Assembly: GCA_964016885.1 (NCBI GenBank)
Contig: OZ024743.1
Coordinates: 367,164,001 to 367,228,000, forward strand
Length of the DNA stretch: 64,000 nucleotides
Source of the DNA: Eledone cirrhosa
Taxonomy: Eukaryota
Reading direction: 5' to 3'
This document shows, piece by piece, positions 1 through 14,655 of this stretch (the stretch's first letter is position 1; the number at the start of each line of letters is the position of its first letter). Under the pieces are notes generated by a model. That model worked only from the letters and a program-made list of their open reading frames with translations, ran no database searches and was not told the origin of the DNA. Position numbers and translations under genes: made by a program.

Positions 1-553
1 TCATAAAATATAGAAATAGATTACTTGAGAAACAGTTAGAAATGAAAGATATAAAGAGATTCCTTCAACAGAATGAATAAATGATGCAAGTTGGAGAGTA
101 ATGGTAGTCAGAATACAGATCGACTAAAGAAAAGTTCAAAGAGTCATTGTAACCCACAGCAAGTAAATTTAACAAATACACAATTAGTGGGCAGGAATAA
201 TTGGAAGAGAATTACTGTAGAGATTTGATTAATCTATGCTATCAGCAAAAATAGATAAAAAAAAAGGGGCCAGGGGAGGTTAGAAACAAACAATCAAACA
301 AAACCAATTTTACAATTTAGTTCATATTTCATTTGACAATGTGTGAAGATTAAAACAAGAGTTAAGGAGAATGGAGTGCTCTACAGATAACTTATAATTC
401 TTTTTACATGAATCTTTTTTCATCTGAATTATATACATTCTTATCCAGAGTGAGTGTATGACGATGGCAAAGAGAAATCTAAAGAGATTTAAAAATTAAT
501 GCATACATATGTGTATATGTGTGTGTGTGTGTGTGCGTGTGTGTGTGTTTATA

Positions 554-834
554 TCATCATCATCATCATCATCACCGTTTTACGTTTATTTTTCCATGCT
601 AGCATGGGTTAGACGAGTTGTACTGTTGTGGGCAATGCTAGGTCAGGTGACCATGTCTTGCTCATACAGAACTGATTTTGGCTTGGTTTCTACAGCTGGA
701 TGCATTTGCTAACGCCAACCTCATTTACAGTGAGTAGTGGGTGCTTTTTGTTGTGACACCTACATGTCCACTTTACAGTGTGAACTGGGTGCTTTTTGTC
801 ATGACACCTACAGGACCACTTTATAGTGTGGGCT

Positions 835-836
<2 letters not shown>
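554..836 (-). mobile_element. 5'-truncated RTE LINE 3' end (3'UTR plus (GAT)n tail)
   Basis: (CAT)n on the + strand, then the CCATGCTAGCATGG palindrome, the TTTCTACAGCTGGATG..CTAACGCCAACC motif and ~50-bp CCACTTTACAGTGTG repeats. All are homologous to the 3'UTR of the intact RTE at 29362-29716. Confidence 0.8.
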
Positions 837-837
<1 letters not shown>

Positions 838-906
<69 letters not shown>

Positions 907-907
907 T
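838..907. repeat. (TA)n(GA)n compound microsatellite
   Basis: Read directly from the sequence. Confidence 0.95.
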
Positions 908-1270
908 GTACAATTCCAACCTCGATGCCAACCACATTCGGCTTGTGTATTCAGCACTGCAGACTCTCTAACCCCCCTCTCTCTCTATATATATGTATAT
1001 ACAGTGGAAAATAAAGGAAATTCATTGATACAGTAAGATATATTTGAAAAAAGAGAAGAATGACTTCACTGTTGGTTGGTATTTATTAATAGTTCAAAGC
1101 TTCCCAGTAAGTTGTTATTGATATTAGTTCTGGTAAGTTCCTGTTAAGTTTAATGGAGAACTTTAAGTCCTTGTTAACTTTCTGGGGTGTTTTCTTGCAT
1201 TCGTCTTCCCTTTCACTTTCCTTTCATCAAAAGATGAAATGTGCTCTATTTTGATTAACATACATTCTCA

Positions 1271-1295
1271 CTGTTCTACTCTCAGGTCCCCCTAC

Positions 1296-1366
<71 letters not shown>

Positions 1367-1386
1367 CTACTCTCAGGTCCCCCTAC

Positions 1387-1459
<73 letters not shown>

Positions 1460-1485
1460 TCTCTCTCTCTCTCTATATATATATA
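1271..1485. repeat. (CT)n microsatellite with a duplicated ~28-bp spacer (ctgttctactctcaggtccccctaccatt)
   Basis: The same spacer occurs at ~1271 and ~1362, each followed by (CT)n. Confidence 0.9.
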
Positions 1486-2984
1486 GATATACGATATTAA
1501 TAAATGGAAACTATATTTATAAAACCATATTTATTTCATTATACATATTTCAGGGATACCAAATTAAATTATGGTATGCCTTCATCAGACAAAATACAAT
1601 ATATAACAGTTTTACAAATAAGCTTTGACGTACCCTATTAAAATGCAACCATTATTTTTGGAAGCCATCCGGATAGTGAGTTGTTTATATTATTTTAATA
1701 AGTCATAGTGTTAAGGACAATTAGAAAAAGTCGGAGAGAAAGAAAAAGGCAGAGAGAGAGAAAGAAAAAACGTGGAGAAGTATCGGAGAGAGAGAAATGC
1801 ATGGAGAAAAACGAAAGAGATAAATAAAGACAGGAGGGAAGAAAGAAAAAAGGAAGAAATAAGAAATAAGAAAAACAGAGGAAAGCAACAGAGAGATATT
1901 AAGTCATCAGACAGATAGTAAAACTCAAGAGAGAGAAATATTATATAGAGAGAGGGGGAGATAGTGAAAACTTTACGTCATGTCATATTAAGTTGAGTTA
2001 ACAATTTATATGAAATGAATAATAAAAATATAAATATTAATATTCATGAATGGGACATAAATATATAATATGAGAAATTAAACATTGTTCAATAATAACT
2101 ACATGTTTAGTTTAAAACTTTAGATCAATATACCAAAATTTGGGTTTAATCAACCAAAATGCTAGAGAAATCAGTATCTTAGGCAAAGACACACAAATAT
2201 ATATATATATATATATATACGCACGTCCTGAAAATATATTTACTCAAGTCAACAATATAGACATACGAAACGCAGACGATTTCTCTTAATCACTGCTATA
2301 CATTCCTTGTGTTATAAAAAAGTTCACAGTATATATACATAAATATATACGATTAACATTCATGTCTTCATATATACGATTACCATTCATGCATTTAACA
2401 TTCTGTTAAAATTATGCATATCTGCAATCAAAACTGCGTGGTTAGGCAACATATCTCTTACCCACACACATAGATATACATATATATACACATATATATG
2501 TATAAATAGATATTTGCGTGCGTCTTCCCGCATCGCTCATGTATACATACAGACATATATACAATCACAAAAAACCTATAACACTTTTATATGCATGTTA
2601 ATACACACATACACATTTGTATAGAGATAATCAAATATCAATATATTACTAAGGATTATACTTTGGAAATATAATTATAACAATATAAATTTAAAATACC
2701 AAAGGATTATATTTTGGAAATATAATTATATCAGTATAGTCAAAAGGACAAACGAATTCTAGAAATATCAAAGCATTAAATGTTTAAAACACTATAGAGT
2801 ATCTTAAGTTAAAATAATATGTTTCATATATTTAGTATAGAAATTTATCCTACGTATATTTCAATCAAGATATTGAAAGGGTAGACTTATGAAAATTATG
2901 AGAAGCTATCAAAACAAAACAAATAAAAATAAATAAAAAAAAATAAAAATAAAAATAAAAGTTAAATAAATATTATATCAATAT

Positions 2985-3112
2985 AATTTAAAAATTTAAA
3001 AATTTAAAAATTTAAAAATTTAAAAATTTAAAAATTTAAAAATTTAAAAATTTTAAAAATTTAAAAAAATTTAAAAAATTTAAAATTTTAAAAATTTAAA
3101 AGATTTAAAAAA
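2985..3112. repeat. (AAAAATTT)n 8-bp tandem repeat
   Basis: Read directly. It lies between two similar ~65-bp segments (~2826-2888 and ~3136-3197, atatttagtatagaaatttatc...). Confidence 0.85.
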
Positions 3113-3559
3113 CCCAAGGATTCTATAGATATCCTTATATTTAGTATAGAAATTTATCTTACGTATATTTTATTTAAGACATTGGAAGTATAGACATTTT
3201 AGAGTAGTTTATTATATCTATGTTTATATTTAGGAAGAAAGTTTAAAAAGAAAAAGGTGAAGGAATCTAATGATTTATCGACAGGTTTCATATATTAACT
3301 AAATTACTTAATTAATTATACTACATTTTAAATTTATATTTATATTTAAACGTTGAGTTCAATCTATGTCTGCAGCAACTGAATAAATTGTTCCTTAAAT
3401 TAAGGGAATTTTTGGACTTTAATATAAAGAATATTTCTTCAATATAAATACATCACCACCGAATACAAGAAAGTTCCCCCAAAAGTTAACAACTTCTCCA
3501 CCAAAAGATCAAGATTATAAACAATTGAAATAACCCTCAGCGAAACTTTCCAGAGAGAA

Positions 3560-5220
3560 ATTAATTCCTGTATAAATATTTCTCTCATGGAACATAATAA
3601 AACAACAATACTAAACAAAATGAAATCAAATAATGAAATCCTGCATGCTATTGATGAAATATTTACAACGAATTAAAAGCCCTACAGATTGGGAAATCAA
3701 CGTCTGTTTATATATCCTGGCAATGAGAGTGAAACATTATCTTGGTGATAACAGAAATGTTAACAAGAACAAAACACCACCAAAAACACCATCATATATT
3801 ACTAAAATAGAAAAAAAGATAGCTGACCTATGGAAAACTATAGGATATGTGGCAATGCTTTCCACATGCAAAAAAAACCAAAAAAAACTACACCTCACCT
3901 ACAAAGAGAGAAAAATAAAATAGAAACAATGTTTGGTGACAGTACATTCAGAACTCTTCAGCTGATTACCCTCAAACAAGTATTGAGAGCTATCAGGAAG
4001 AAAACTTCAATACCAGAAGAGCGTAGCTGAAAAAAAAATTAATAAAAGATTCAGACGAAACCAAACATCAATCTATAGAGATATGAAGGGCAAAGTAATA
4101 AATGCCACTGAGGCCCATCCTAGAAAAATATGGGACAAAGAGAAGAAATTCAACCGAGATGCAGTGTGAATGAAAGAAATCCAAAAGAATGACTGCCCCT
4201 TCACTGCAACAGAAACACACAGAATACAGAATAAATAATGATACCCTTGAGACTGTAATAGGAAAACTCCAAGATAAGGAAGAGACTTGATTGTCGGCTA
4301 CTGGTACAAAAACACAGACATTCTATCAACCTCTACCAACAAGCTCTCAAGGGAGATGCACATATACCAGCATAAACAATATTGGTACCCCCAAAACAAT
4401 GGCACTCACTTGGCAAAAAACTATCAACCCATTGCATGTCAGAACCTAATGTATAAAATGTATATAGCCTGTCTGAACCTATTTCTCCAAGATCACTGTG
4501 ACAGTAATAACATCACTACAGATGAGCAAGCAGCTGAGAAGAAAGGTGTTTGGAGGTGTGCTGAACAACTCCTAATTAACAAAACTGTGATGTCAGAGGT
4601 GTGACACCTTAGGAGGAATCGTTACTGTCTGGCTGGACTACTGAAAAGCATTTGATTCTGTTGCCCACTCTTGGATGATAGAGGCCCTCCAACTTGCTAA
4701 AGTCCCAGACAATATTATCAGAGCCATAGACAAGCTGTCTATTTTTACTGAAATATAGAATATCATAGGGATATATTTCAAGGAGACAGTCTCTCTGTGT
4801 TACTATTTATTCTGTGATTAAACCTCTTGTCCTTTCTGCTCAAGAAATGTGAAGGATACATTATTGGCTCACAGGACAGAAATGTAAACCTAACCAATAA
4901 TTTATTTGTGGATGACCTGAAACTCTATGCCAAGTACGTAAATAGGATGAAGAAAAATCTTGACCTAGTTACAACGTTTTCAAAAGATATAGGAATCAAT
5001 TTTGGCCAGGATAAATGTTCATATATGATTGTAAAACGGGGAAAACCTACAAGCCAATCTAGTAACGTTTTTATCAATGGCCTAACTGTTTCATCGATAT
5101 CTGATGAGGACTGCTACAGACACCTAGAGGTGGATGAAAATATATCCTATGATGGTATATGTAACAAGGAATGCCTAACCAGGGAATATCACACCTGATT
5201 AAGAAAAATATTGTCATCCG
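3560..5220 (+). pseudogene. Degraded non-LTR retrotransposon reverse transcriptase, R4/Dong-like (RLE group)
   Basis: Broken frames give NYQPIACQNLMYKMY, EQAAEKKGVWRCAEQLLINK, WLDY*KAFDSVAHSW, GIFQGDSLS, LFVDDLKLYAK and FGQDKCS, which are RT motifs in order. There are many stops and frameshifts. Confidence 0.8.
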
Positions 5221-5669
5221 AAATCCCTGCACACAATAATACAGTGGTTCATGTTTTATTGACTCTCTATTGGTAAACATTTATAAAATTATCAAACCAG
5301 AAGAACATGCATGCACATACATACCTACATGATAGCTGCAATTCGATTTTCAGTAATGCCATCGCTTAACACTTAAACATGAGCATCATACATACATCAG
5401 GATAGTTATTTATAAGATACAGATTTTTTTTTTAATGTAAAGGATATCATCAATTGAATAGTTTTGAAGAAGTTATACAATGATGGAAATATGAAAAAAG
5501 ATAAAAACAATAAAAACAAAATTAAGTAATTAAAAAAAGGGAGTAAGGGTAAAGAAGGATAGATCTGGCTATATTGAAAATGACTATGAAGGCTATAAAA
5601 GAGAGGAAAAGGAAAGAAAGAGCAAGGACTATTAGGCCACGGAAGAAAGAGAGAGGGAAAGGGAGAGGG

Positions 5670-7385
5670 TGACAAGTTCTATACTTAGGGTGGGACGGTG
5701 TTTTGGTTGCGCCCAGTGGATAAAACTGCTGCAACAGCCACTCCACTTCAGATGGGCTGCTTATGTTCTGTATTTATGGAGGAGCTCAGTTGTATGGGGT
5801 CTGAAGATATCTGAGGTCTCAATGGCGACTGGTGTGAAGAGGAAGTGGCTGGAATAGCCCTGGTATTTGTTTGTCCTCTGCATTGTGGGCTGCAGTTCTG
5901 GGGTTTGTGGCCAAAGTGACTAAGTAGGAGTCAGAGAATGTCACAGCATGTGGCATCCCAGATGTGGGATGTACCTCCTTCGAATAGGAAGAGGGTAATA
6001 CCGTTGGGGCACTTGTCATCTCGGCAGTCGAGGCCTGCTGGCTTCAGTTGTGATGGGAAGCCAGCTGCATCCAGGTTTCTTCTCAATATGTCATTGTGAG
6101 TGGCATGTTGGAGGAACCAGCCTGTGCTCTGGTGGCATGACAGTAGGTGCAGGCCACACTCATCAATGACAGCCCTACAAAAGAATTTGTGGCCCACATA
6201 CATGGAGGCTGAGGCACACCGATGTGAATGCACTCATCTTCAAGAAGGGTACCTGTTGATGAGGAGGGTGCCGAATTGAGCCATGCACTGCTGTTTGGCT
6301 GTGAAGCAGATAGGAGGTAGTTGAGGTAGTGTTGGTCAAAGTCAGGTTCAGTACACCTGAAGGAAGACTGGCACTTGATGCCATCCCAATTACGTTGGAC
6401 ATTTGTATACTGAAGGAGAGAGAGGCCTTCACCTGTCCAGTTGGCCAGAGTCTGCTCCAGTTCAAGGGCCATGTCAGGTTCAGCCATCTTGTTGAAGAAC
6501 TCTTTGACAAGTGTACAATGGAGGAAATTGAGGAGAGGTAGGCTGGCTGTACCAGATTCGAAGCAGGTCGGGCTGTGGCCACAAAACCTTGCTGGCAACT
6601 TTTCCTGTTCCCAGCCAGCACTGTCAAAACTGACATTGCAGATGAGTTCTGCACAGCATTGGATAGTGGCGTCAAGTTCACTGAAGGGATCTGTGTAGGG
6701 GTGATCTGGGAAGAGTGAAGCAGTTCCTCAGGAGGAAGAAAATCAGGTGAGCATCAATGAGGCACAGCCTCTCAGCCATTCATGACAGGTCTACGTGTTT
6801 CGTCTCCAGGCACTCTCTTATGGCTTTCGAGAGAATTGGAGAGCTGAGAATGCAGGCGGACAAGATGGGATAGGTGTTGAGTACGGTATTGTGGAATTCA
6901 GCCTCTACTGTGCTGTAGCTTATGTTTATCACCTCGGACTTGGATGGGTTGATCTCGAGTCCAAGGATCTTTAGACCTGGGATGATTAGCTGAACTTCCT
7001 CAGCTACCATCTCAGTCAAGCCACCTAGGATCTCATTGTCTAGGTACCAAATGTTGAAAGGTGACTGAACAGAACAGGCAATGTTGTCAACTGCGAGTGC
7101 AAAGAAGAGCGGGCTGAGTGGGTCTCCTTGCTGGACACCCATAGTGGAAGTAACCTTGTTGTCAGCAGCCAATAATATGTTGGGTCTTCCATAAAAGAGG
7201 TGAGCAAGAAGGTAAATTGAGGGGGCTTGTCTGAGACACGTCTCTAAGACATGATCCTGCTTAACTCTGTTGAAAGCATTTCTCATGTCCAGCTTCACAA
7301 GGATGTGGGGTGACGAAGGAGGTGCATGCTCTATAAAGTGTCTGGCTGCATGAGCTGCTGCCTCACATCCACAATGACCCCCACT
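5670..7385 (-). pseudogene. Degraded CRE-clade-like non-LTR retrotransposon (RT plus restriction-like endonuclease)
   Basis: GCEAAAHAAR, VKLDMRNAFN, GVQQGDPLSPLFF, WYLDN and GLEINPSKSE are RT motifs. SSAWLNSAPSSSTGTLL and GLHLLSC...HATHNDILRR..AGFP..PAGL..DDKCPNGIT..WDATCCD resemble a zinc knuckle plus PD-(D/E)xK-type RLE region. The clade call is from motif memory. Confidence 0.7.
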
Positions 7386-7389
7386 CTGA

Positions 7390-8020
7390 GCTGAAGATGG
7401 GAAATTTTTATAGAAAGCTCTTTTCAAACACCAAAATTGTTGGCAGCAAATTCCAGCTCTGATTGTTTGATTATTGTTTAGTAGTTCATAATGAACTATT
7501 CCTTGCATGATCTACAACACATATAACAGGATACACCTTGGGTGCCAGTCCTCTCTTGGATGCTGAGCCAGTCTGTCATCATCACTTAGCCATGGCACTT
7601 GGTGATGTCATGTATGCAATGCCTCACAGTAATTGTTGGTAATACTCTACAGGCAGGTTATGAGAAACCAATTTACCAACTTTTAAAACTTTCCGAGCTT
7701 TTTCAATTCAAGCGGACTAACATTGAAACCCCTCTCCACTAATTTCTTTAGTTGTAATGGTAGAATTTGCTGCAACAGTCCCTTCCAGTACCTCTGAATT
7801 GAGTCCATTTTGGACGATATTCTCTTGGGACATCCTTTAGACTGAAGTCCCCATTTTCAAAATGTGAAAACTACCTCCTACAAGTTCTTTTATATACTAC
7901 ATTGACACCATAGGTACTCTGAATGGTGCATTTGTATTGAACTAATGGGCAGAACATGACATCTTGAATCTGTTTTTCAGTTGGATAAAATATTGAGTCA
8001 AGTTGAAAGCATTTTCATGA
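7390..8020 (-). pseudogene. Mariner (Tc1/mariner) transposase relic, N-terminal to mid portion
   Basis: GIVHYELLNNNQTIRAGICCQQFWCLKRAF matches mariner GIVHYELL..GQTI.A..YCQQL.RL. Upstream broken frames give an FENGDFSLK-like HTH linker. No TIRs were recognised. Confidence 0.65.
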
Positions 8021-8761
8021 ATACAATACGAAAAGGGAAGAGGTAGATTTAGTATTTTGGCATGACTAAACATCAGATAGAGGATAGAACTTCAATATAT
8101 CTTGTTCAATATTTCCAGCTTGAAAATCATACATACATACATATTTGCATATATGTACATGTTTGCATACATACATGTTTGTATACACACATGTATGCAT
8201 ACATACTCACATACATCCATGTATATATCATTCATATATGGAAGATGCATGTTAAACAAAGATGATGATGATGATGATATATATATATATTTGAAGCAAG
8301 CTGATGTTTCATCCCATTGCTACTTAGATTTTCTCGCATGTATGTTTGGTGATTCTTTTGTTACCTGAACAAAAACATATATGTAAGAAACTTGGGGTAG
8401 ATATGGAGTGAAACATTTAAGTATTTTTCTTTCGATATATCTCAAGGCAAACCCACACACACATACATATATATCAATGTTTATAGAATAGATACATCAT
8501 ATCTCTGTCTGTTGTATGAAGCTACTAAAAGAGTTGGCATCAAAAAACTGTCTCAAAAATGTCACATCCAATCCATGTCAACATGGAAAATATAATGACG
8601 ACAATATATATATATACATCTCTTTCTCTATTTCTACACACACATACATGCACACACAAACACACACACACATATATATATATATATACAGCTCTCTCTC
8701 GTTCTTTACACACACACATATATATGTGTGTGTAAGATTTATATATGTATATATATATATG

Positions 8762-9243
8762 GTTCGGCCAGTCCCTCCTCATAGTGGTGCCATGCGGCAC
8801 TTGAACTGTGGTCCTAATGTGAGAAGGGCTCAACGCAGCCAACAGGCTTGTCTTTCCCCATAGCTGTGACATCTAGTACTGGGCTGTAAACATGGTTGAG
8901 GTTTCCAAACTATGGCTCTGTGGTGAGAACGGTTTGGTGCAGCCAACTGGCCTGTCCCTCCTCATTTAGTGGCGTCACCCAATTCCTGGCTACCAGATTG
9001 TGGTTCTGCTGTGAGAGGGGTTTGGCATGGCCACCTGGCCTGTTCCTACTTGTAATGGTGCCATCCAGTACCGGGCTCCAAAACTATGGTTCCGCTGTGA
9101 GATGGGTTTGGTACAGCTATCTGGCCTGTCTCTCCTCATAGCACTGCCAACTAGTTCTGGGCTCCAAAGCCATTGGCTTCACTCCGAGATAGGTTTGGTG
9201 CAGCCATCTGGCTCGTCTCTCCTCATAATGAGGCCATCCAGTT
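8762..9243 (+). repeat. Degenerate GC-rich minisatellite (~75-85-bp unit), same family as 21050-22145 but inverted
   Basis: Repeated ctggcctgtccctcctcatagtggtgccatccagtaccgggctccaaaactatggttccgctgtgagatgggtttgg-like units. Confidence 0.8.
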
Positions 9244-9244
9244 C

Positions 9245-9435
9245 CACTCTGTAAATGTGGTTGCTGTTAGGAAGGGCATCCGGCTGTAAAATCCCCGGCC
9301 AAATTTACAGTCCCATCGGAGCAAGATATGGCGTGGTCAGTTCTGGCCAGACTTGTCTCCTGACATGGACAATCCATCTAAACCATGCAAGCATGGAAAA
9401 ATGGATGCTAAACAGTGATAATGAGGGTGATAATA
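9245..9435 (+). mobile_element. RTE-type 3' tail directly following the minisatellite
   Basis: GTTAGGAAGGGCATCCGGCTGTAAAA motif, CCATGCAAGCATGG hairpin and a degenerate (GAT)n tail. Confidence 0.75.
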
Positions 9436-9671
9436 TAAGTTTGATTAAAATAACAGGAGGCTGGATTGGTGAAGTTCCCTCTGAAAGTTTTATTGTTGCA
9501 AAAACACTATATATATTTCAATGGCCTGGTTACGTAAGATCCTGGTGTGTATTGCATAATTAGTTAATCAATAAAGGAATTACGACATACTCAAACAGAA
9601 AATATAAACAGAGAAAATATTTGATTCGGAGATGGCCTGTGAAGTATTATTGTTGATACAGACCATCTTCC

Positions 9672-10749
<1,078 letters not shown>

Positions 10750-10752
<3 letters not shown>

Positions 10753-10950
10753 TATGGAAAACGAAGAATGACTAATGCATTGGAACACAATTTATTACGT
10801 ATTACAATGGTTTCTCCGGTGAACAGCTCGAGGTGCGATCTGTTTGTGGATCGAACCTGACTCTGGAATCGCAAGTTCCTCAGATACGTCTAGTGATTTC
10901 GAAGCAAATTCTCTTTCCGATGCATCACTGATTCTTCGTTTTCCATATTA
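10750..10950. mobile_element. Fold-back/MITE-like element with perfect 20-bp terminal inverted repeats
   Basis: taatatggaaaacgaagaat (10750-10769) is the reverse complement of attcttcgttttccatatta (10931-10950). Imperfect pairing continues inward. Confidence 0.6.
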
Positions 10951-11019
10951 TCATACTCTGCTCCGAAGGAGCATAGAGTGCTCAATCGGCATATCGCCTA
11001 TAGATGCATCCTATCAACC

Positions 11020-11080
<61 letters not shown>

Positions 11081-12284
11081 CGTGTGTTTGTGTGTGTGTG
11101 TGTGTACTGTATTAATTTTATTTGTATTTCTATTATTTCTATACAAAAATAAAAAAATGCTCAATACATATCTATATTAAAAGTATGTAAATTCTGTTGG
11201 AATGTTGTGCTTGCAAACAGGATTATATACTGATAAGTAAAGTATTTTTTATGAATCAACTTTACAGTTGACCACACACATTAGAAAGTTTAACATTATT
11301 TCAGATTCACTAATGGGTATGGTTAATTGCAAAGTCAATGAGCAAGTATACCTGTTTACCAGCACACAACTAATATGTATACATATACATATATATGTAT
11401 GCATGTATAAGGAATAAATGAAGATTAAAAAGGGTAGTGGGCTTGCATGCACTCTAGTTTTCTACTTTGGGAACACAAAACTGACCAGCCTAGAAGGAGG
11501 CAATAGAAAAGAAAGTAACTACAAATGAAAATACATCAATATTATATTGCAAGGCAGAAATAGAACTATGGATTATCTAATGAGTAGGGAGGTAGAAAAA
11601 CAACCTGATTGTGAGGCAGAAGGACGGGAGCTTACCGATGTAGTTGCAGTTCAGGAGGCCAAGGCACTAAAATGCCTGTAACAGGACTATTGGGTGAATC
11701 TCTTATAGAGGTAGGAGCAGTCCTGGACAAACCACAGCTATCAGAGAGAATGCCTGGCAAAGGAAATAATAATGTAATGAAATAATTAACAGTAGTATCA
11801 CACTTAAAATAAAGCCCATGAACTGTTCAAATTTATCACCATATGTGTAGTAAATAGTTTCTGTTACCATAGGGATTTAATTAGTACTGAAGTGCAAGAA
11901 GTTCGTGGTTCTGTTGCCTTTGTTGAATATGTGACCCAAATTGAAGAGCACAAATGAGATGAGAGAATGCTGCAGCATTAAATATATAAACTCATGATTG
12001 CAGGAGAGATGACTGCACTTGTATGAACATGTGATGTAAATAGATGATATGAATGATGGGATGGAGGTGGGATTATAGTATGCTGATAGTAGAATATGTT
12101 TATGGCAGAGCAAGACATTGGAAGGCTGGAACCTATGATGATGAGTCTTATAGATATGATTATCGTAGGATCAAGACAAAAGATAATATGCTGTAGTGCA
12201 AACCCACAAAACAGTAATGTCACTATCATAGGTATCACAAGTGCCAAGTGCTAAAGATGAAAGACATACTTTCAATTAAACAGA

Positions 12285-12334
<50 letters not shown>

Positions 12335-14043
12335 TATGGAATGACTGTAGACATAATATAGCAGATATGCTTGAATAAATGACACAAATTATACAACAAA
12401 TCAAATAGTTATATTTGATACTGTTGTAGATAGAAATTTGTGTATAAAGTATAACAATAAAATTATTGTTATCAGAAGAAATCCCATGTGGAAACATAAT
12501 TCCATTATGACAAATGAAAAGAGATATTGATAAAAATGATTGAAGCAACAAGAAACTCTGTATTCTAGCATCATGGGAATTAAACAGAATTAAAGCAAAA
12601 ATGCATGAATACATGTGAAAAAAGGGGGAAGGAACAAAGAAACACATAAAAAATAAAGTTTCAATGTTAAATATAAAGAAAATCAAACAACACAATCCTT
12701 AAGTGTAAATAAATAAACCTGAAGCAACAACAAAGAGAATATGATTAGCAAATCTATTTCTACAATTTACAACAGCTAAAAAGAAGTAAAGCAACATGAA
12801 TAACAGGAAGGCTTGCAAAATGTACATCCTCACTTATTATGTAAGCTACTGATTTTAAACAAATAAATGTCGAAATCTAATAAAAGTAAAGAAAAGCAAC
12901 AAAACAATGAAAGACAAACAAACAAAAAATGACAATAGAAAAGACACAAAAACACAAATAAAACTTGTTTGTTGTTAAAATCAAAATATATTAGAGGAAA
13001 AGCCAAGAAATTGCATCAGTTGCTGCAGGGTGAAGGAATTGGAAATGATAGATTATTTAGTGTTTAAAGAAACATTCTGAATGTTTATGGTAAAGATGTC
13101 AAACAATAACATATCAGAAAAAAAATTGTCAACACAACAGATATTCTTTCTGTTTGCTTCAAAGAAAAATAAATGTTTTTATAGTATGATATTCTAGTAT
13201 ATCATACATATTGTGAATATGATATTCATATCAACATATCATGGAATATGTAGGTGACATAGCTGTAGTGAAGTTAGTTCAGGATGAGGTCTTGAATAAG
13301 AGTATGAATTTGTTGTTGCTTATACTTAACTTAATATCAAGCAGATCTATGATGAAAGTCATTGTGACAATCCCATTTTTTCAGGATGTGTATATTGAGT
13401 TTATATTTCCCAATGTGTCCTCCTTTTTAAGACAATATGTATTGTATGAGGAAGATTTTGCTGTTATTTCTATGAAGCTGAACGACCACATATGGGTTAC
13501 TTGTTGAGTCAGGTAGTATGAATTTGTATCAGGAAGTATAACCATAGATATAGAATACTTTTGACTAAAAAAAATTACTTAAGTTCATGACTGAGAACAA
13601 CTTTACATTGCATTTGTTGAATTAAAGTTCTTTGACAGTCTCATAGTCTCACATTGATGGGTTCTGAGTATCTACAAGAACAGTTCAAGTCATACAAGAT
13701 GATTTGGATGAGGGAGAGGAGAAATATTGCATGCTGATAGTAGAATGCATTTATGGTAGAGCAAGAGAAGAATGTGTGAAGTCTGAATCTTATGATGCTG
13801 AGCATTACAGATAAGATTCTCTAGTGCAGACCCATCCAACATATGACAGCAAGGAAAACATGAACTTTAAAACATTAATGTCACTGTCATTGTTAATATA
13901 AGTGCCAATGCTAAAAATGAAGGGCATACTATCAATTAAACAGATGGTGTTTTTAGATGGTGTGTAGACATAAAACAGTGAGTATACTTGAATAAACAAC
14001 AAACTGTACCACAATAGATTGAATAGTGATATTTGATACTGTT

Positions 14044-14655
14044 CATCATCATCATCATCATGGTTTAATGTCCATTTTCCATGCTAGCATGGGTAGGGTG
14101 GGCTGTCCCTATGTGAAAGATCAGGTCAAAGGAACATGTTTTGCTCACACAGAACTGATTTTGGCTTGGTTTCTATGATTGGATGTCCTTCCTAACATCA
14201 ACCTCATTTACAGTGTGTGCTGGGTGATTTTTGTTGTGACACCTACATGACCACTTTATAATGTGGACTGGGCACTTTTGTTGTGGCTCCAGGGGGACCA
14301 CTTTATGGTGTGGGTTGGGGGCTTGGGTGGGGTGGAGGTGGGGAAGATGCCTGGAGAATTGGGGATGTAGGTATAGGGGTGGGATGATTATAGAAAGGGA
14401 GGTGTATGGCAGGGGTGATGGTAGAGAAAGTGTTGCATACTAGATATATGCCTCAGCTTGAGCATATGAGAGGGCGGGTCTTCTGTAATACTGCATCGCA
14501 CCAGAGATCACGATCCTGTGTTATCGCCTACTCCATGGCTACCATCAACTTTGTGCGCTCTGCATCTTTTTATACTGCTGTCGTCCTTCATACACATCAC
14601 ATGTCCATACCAATGCAAGCTCCTCTACTGCACACTGCATCTGATCCCTCTTATG
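14044..14655 (-). mobile_element. 5'-truncated RTE copy (ORF C-terminus plus 3'UTR plus tail)
   Basis: (CAT)n, the CCATGCTAGCATGG hairpin and the 3'UTR repeats are present. The reverse strand gives a degenerate 'IRCSV..R.L.WYGHV.CMKDDS' segment matching the end of the RTE ORF. Confidence 0.8.
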
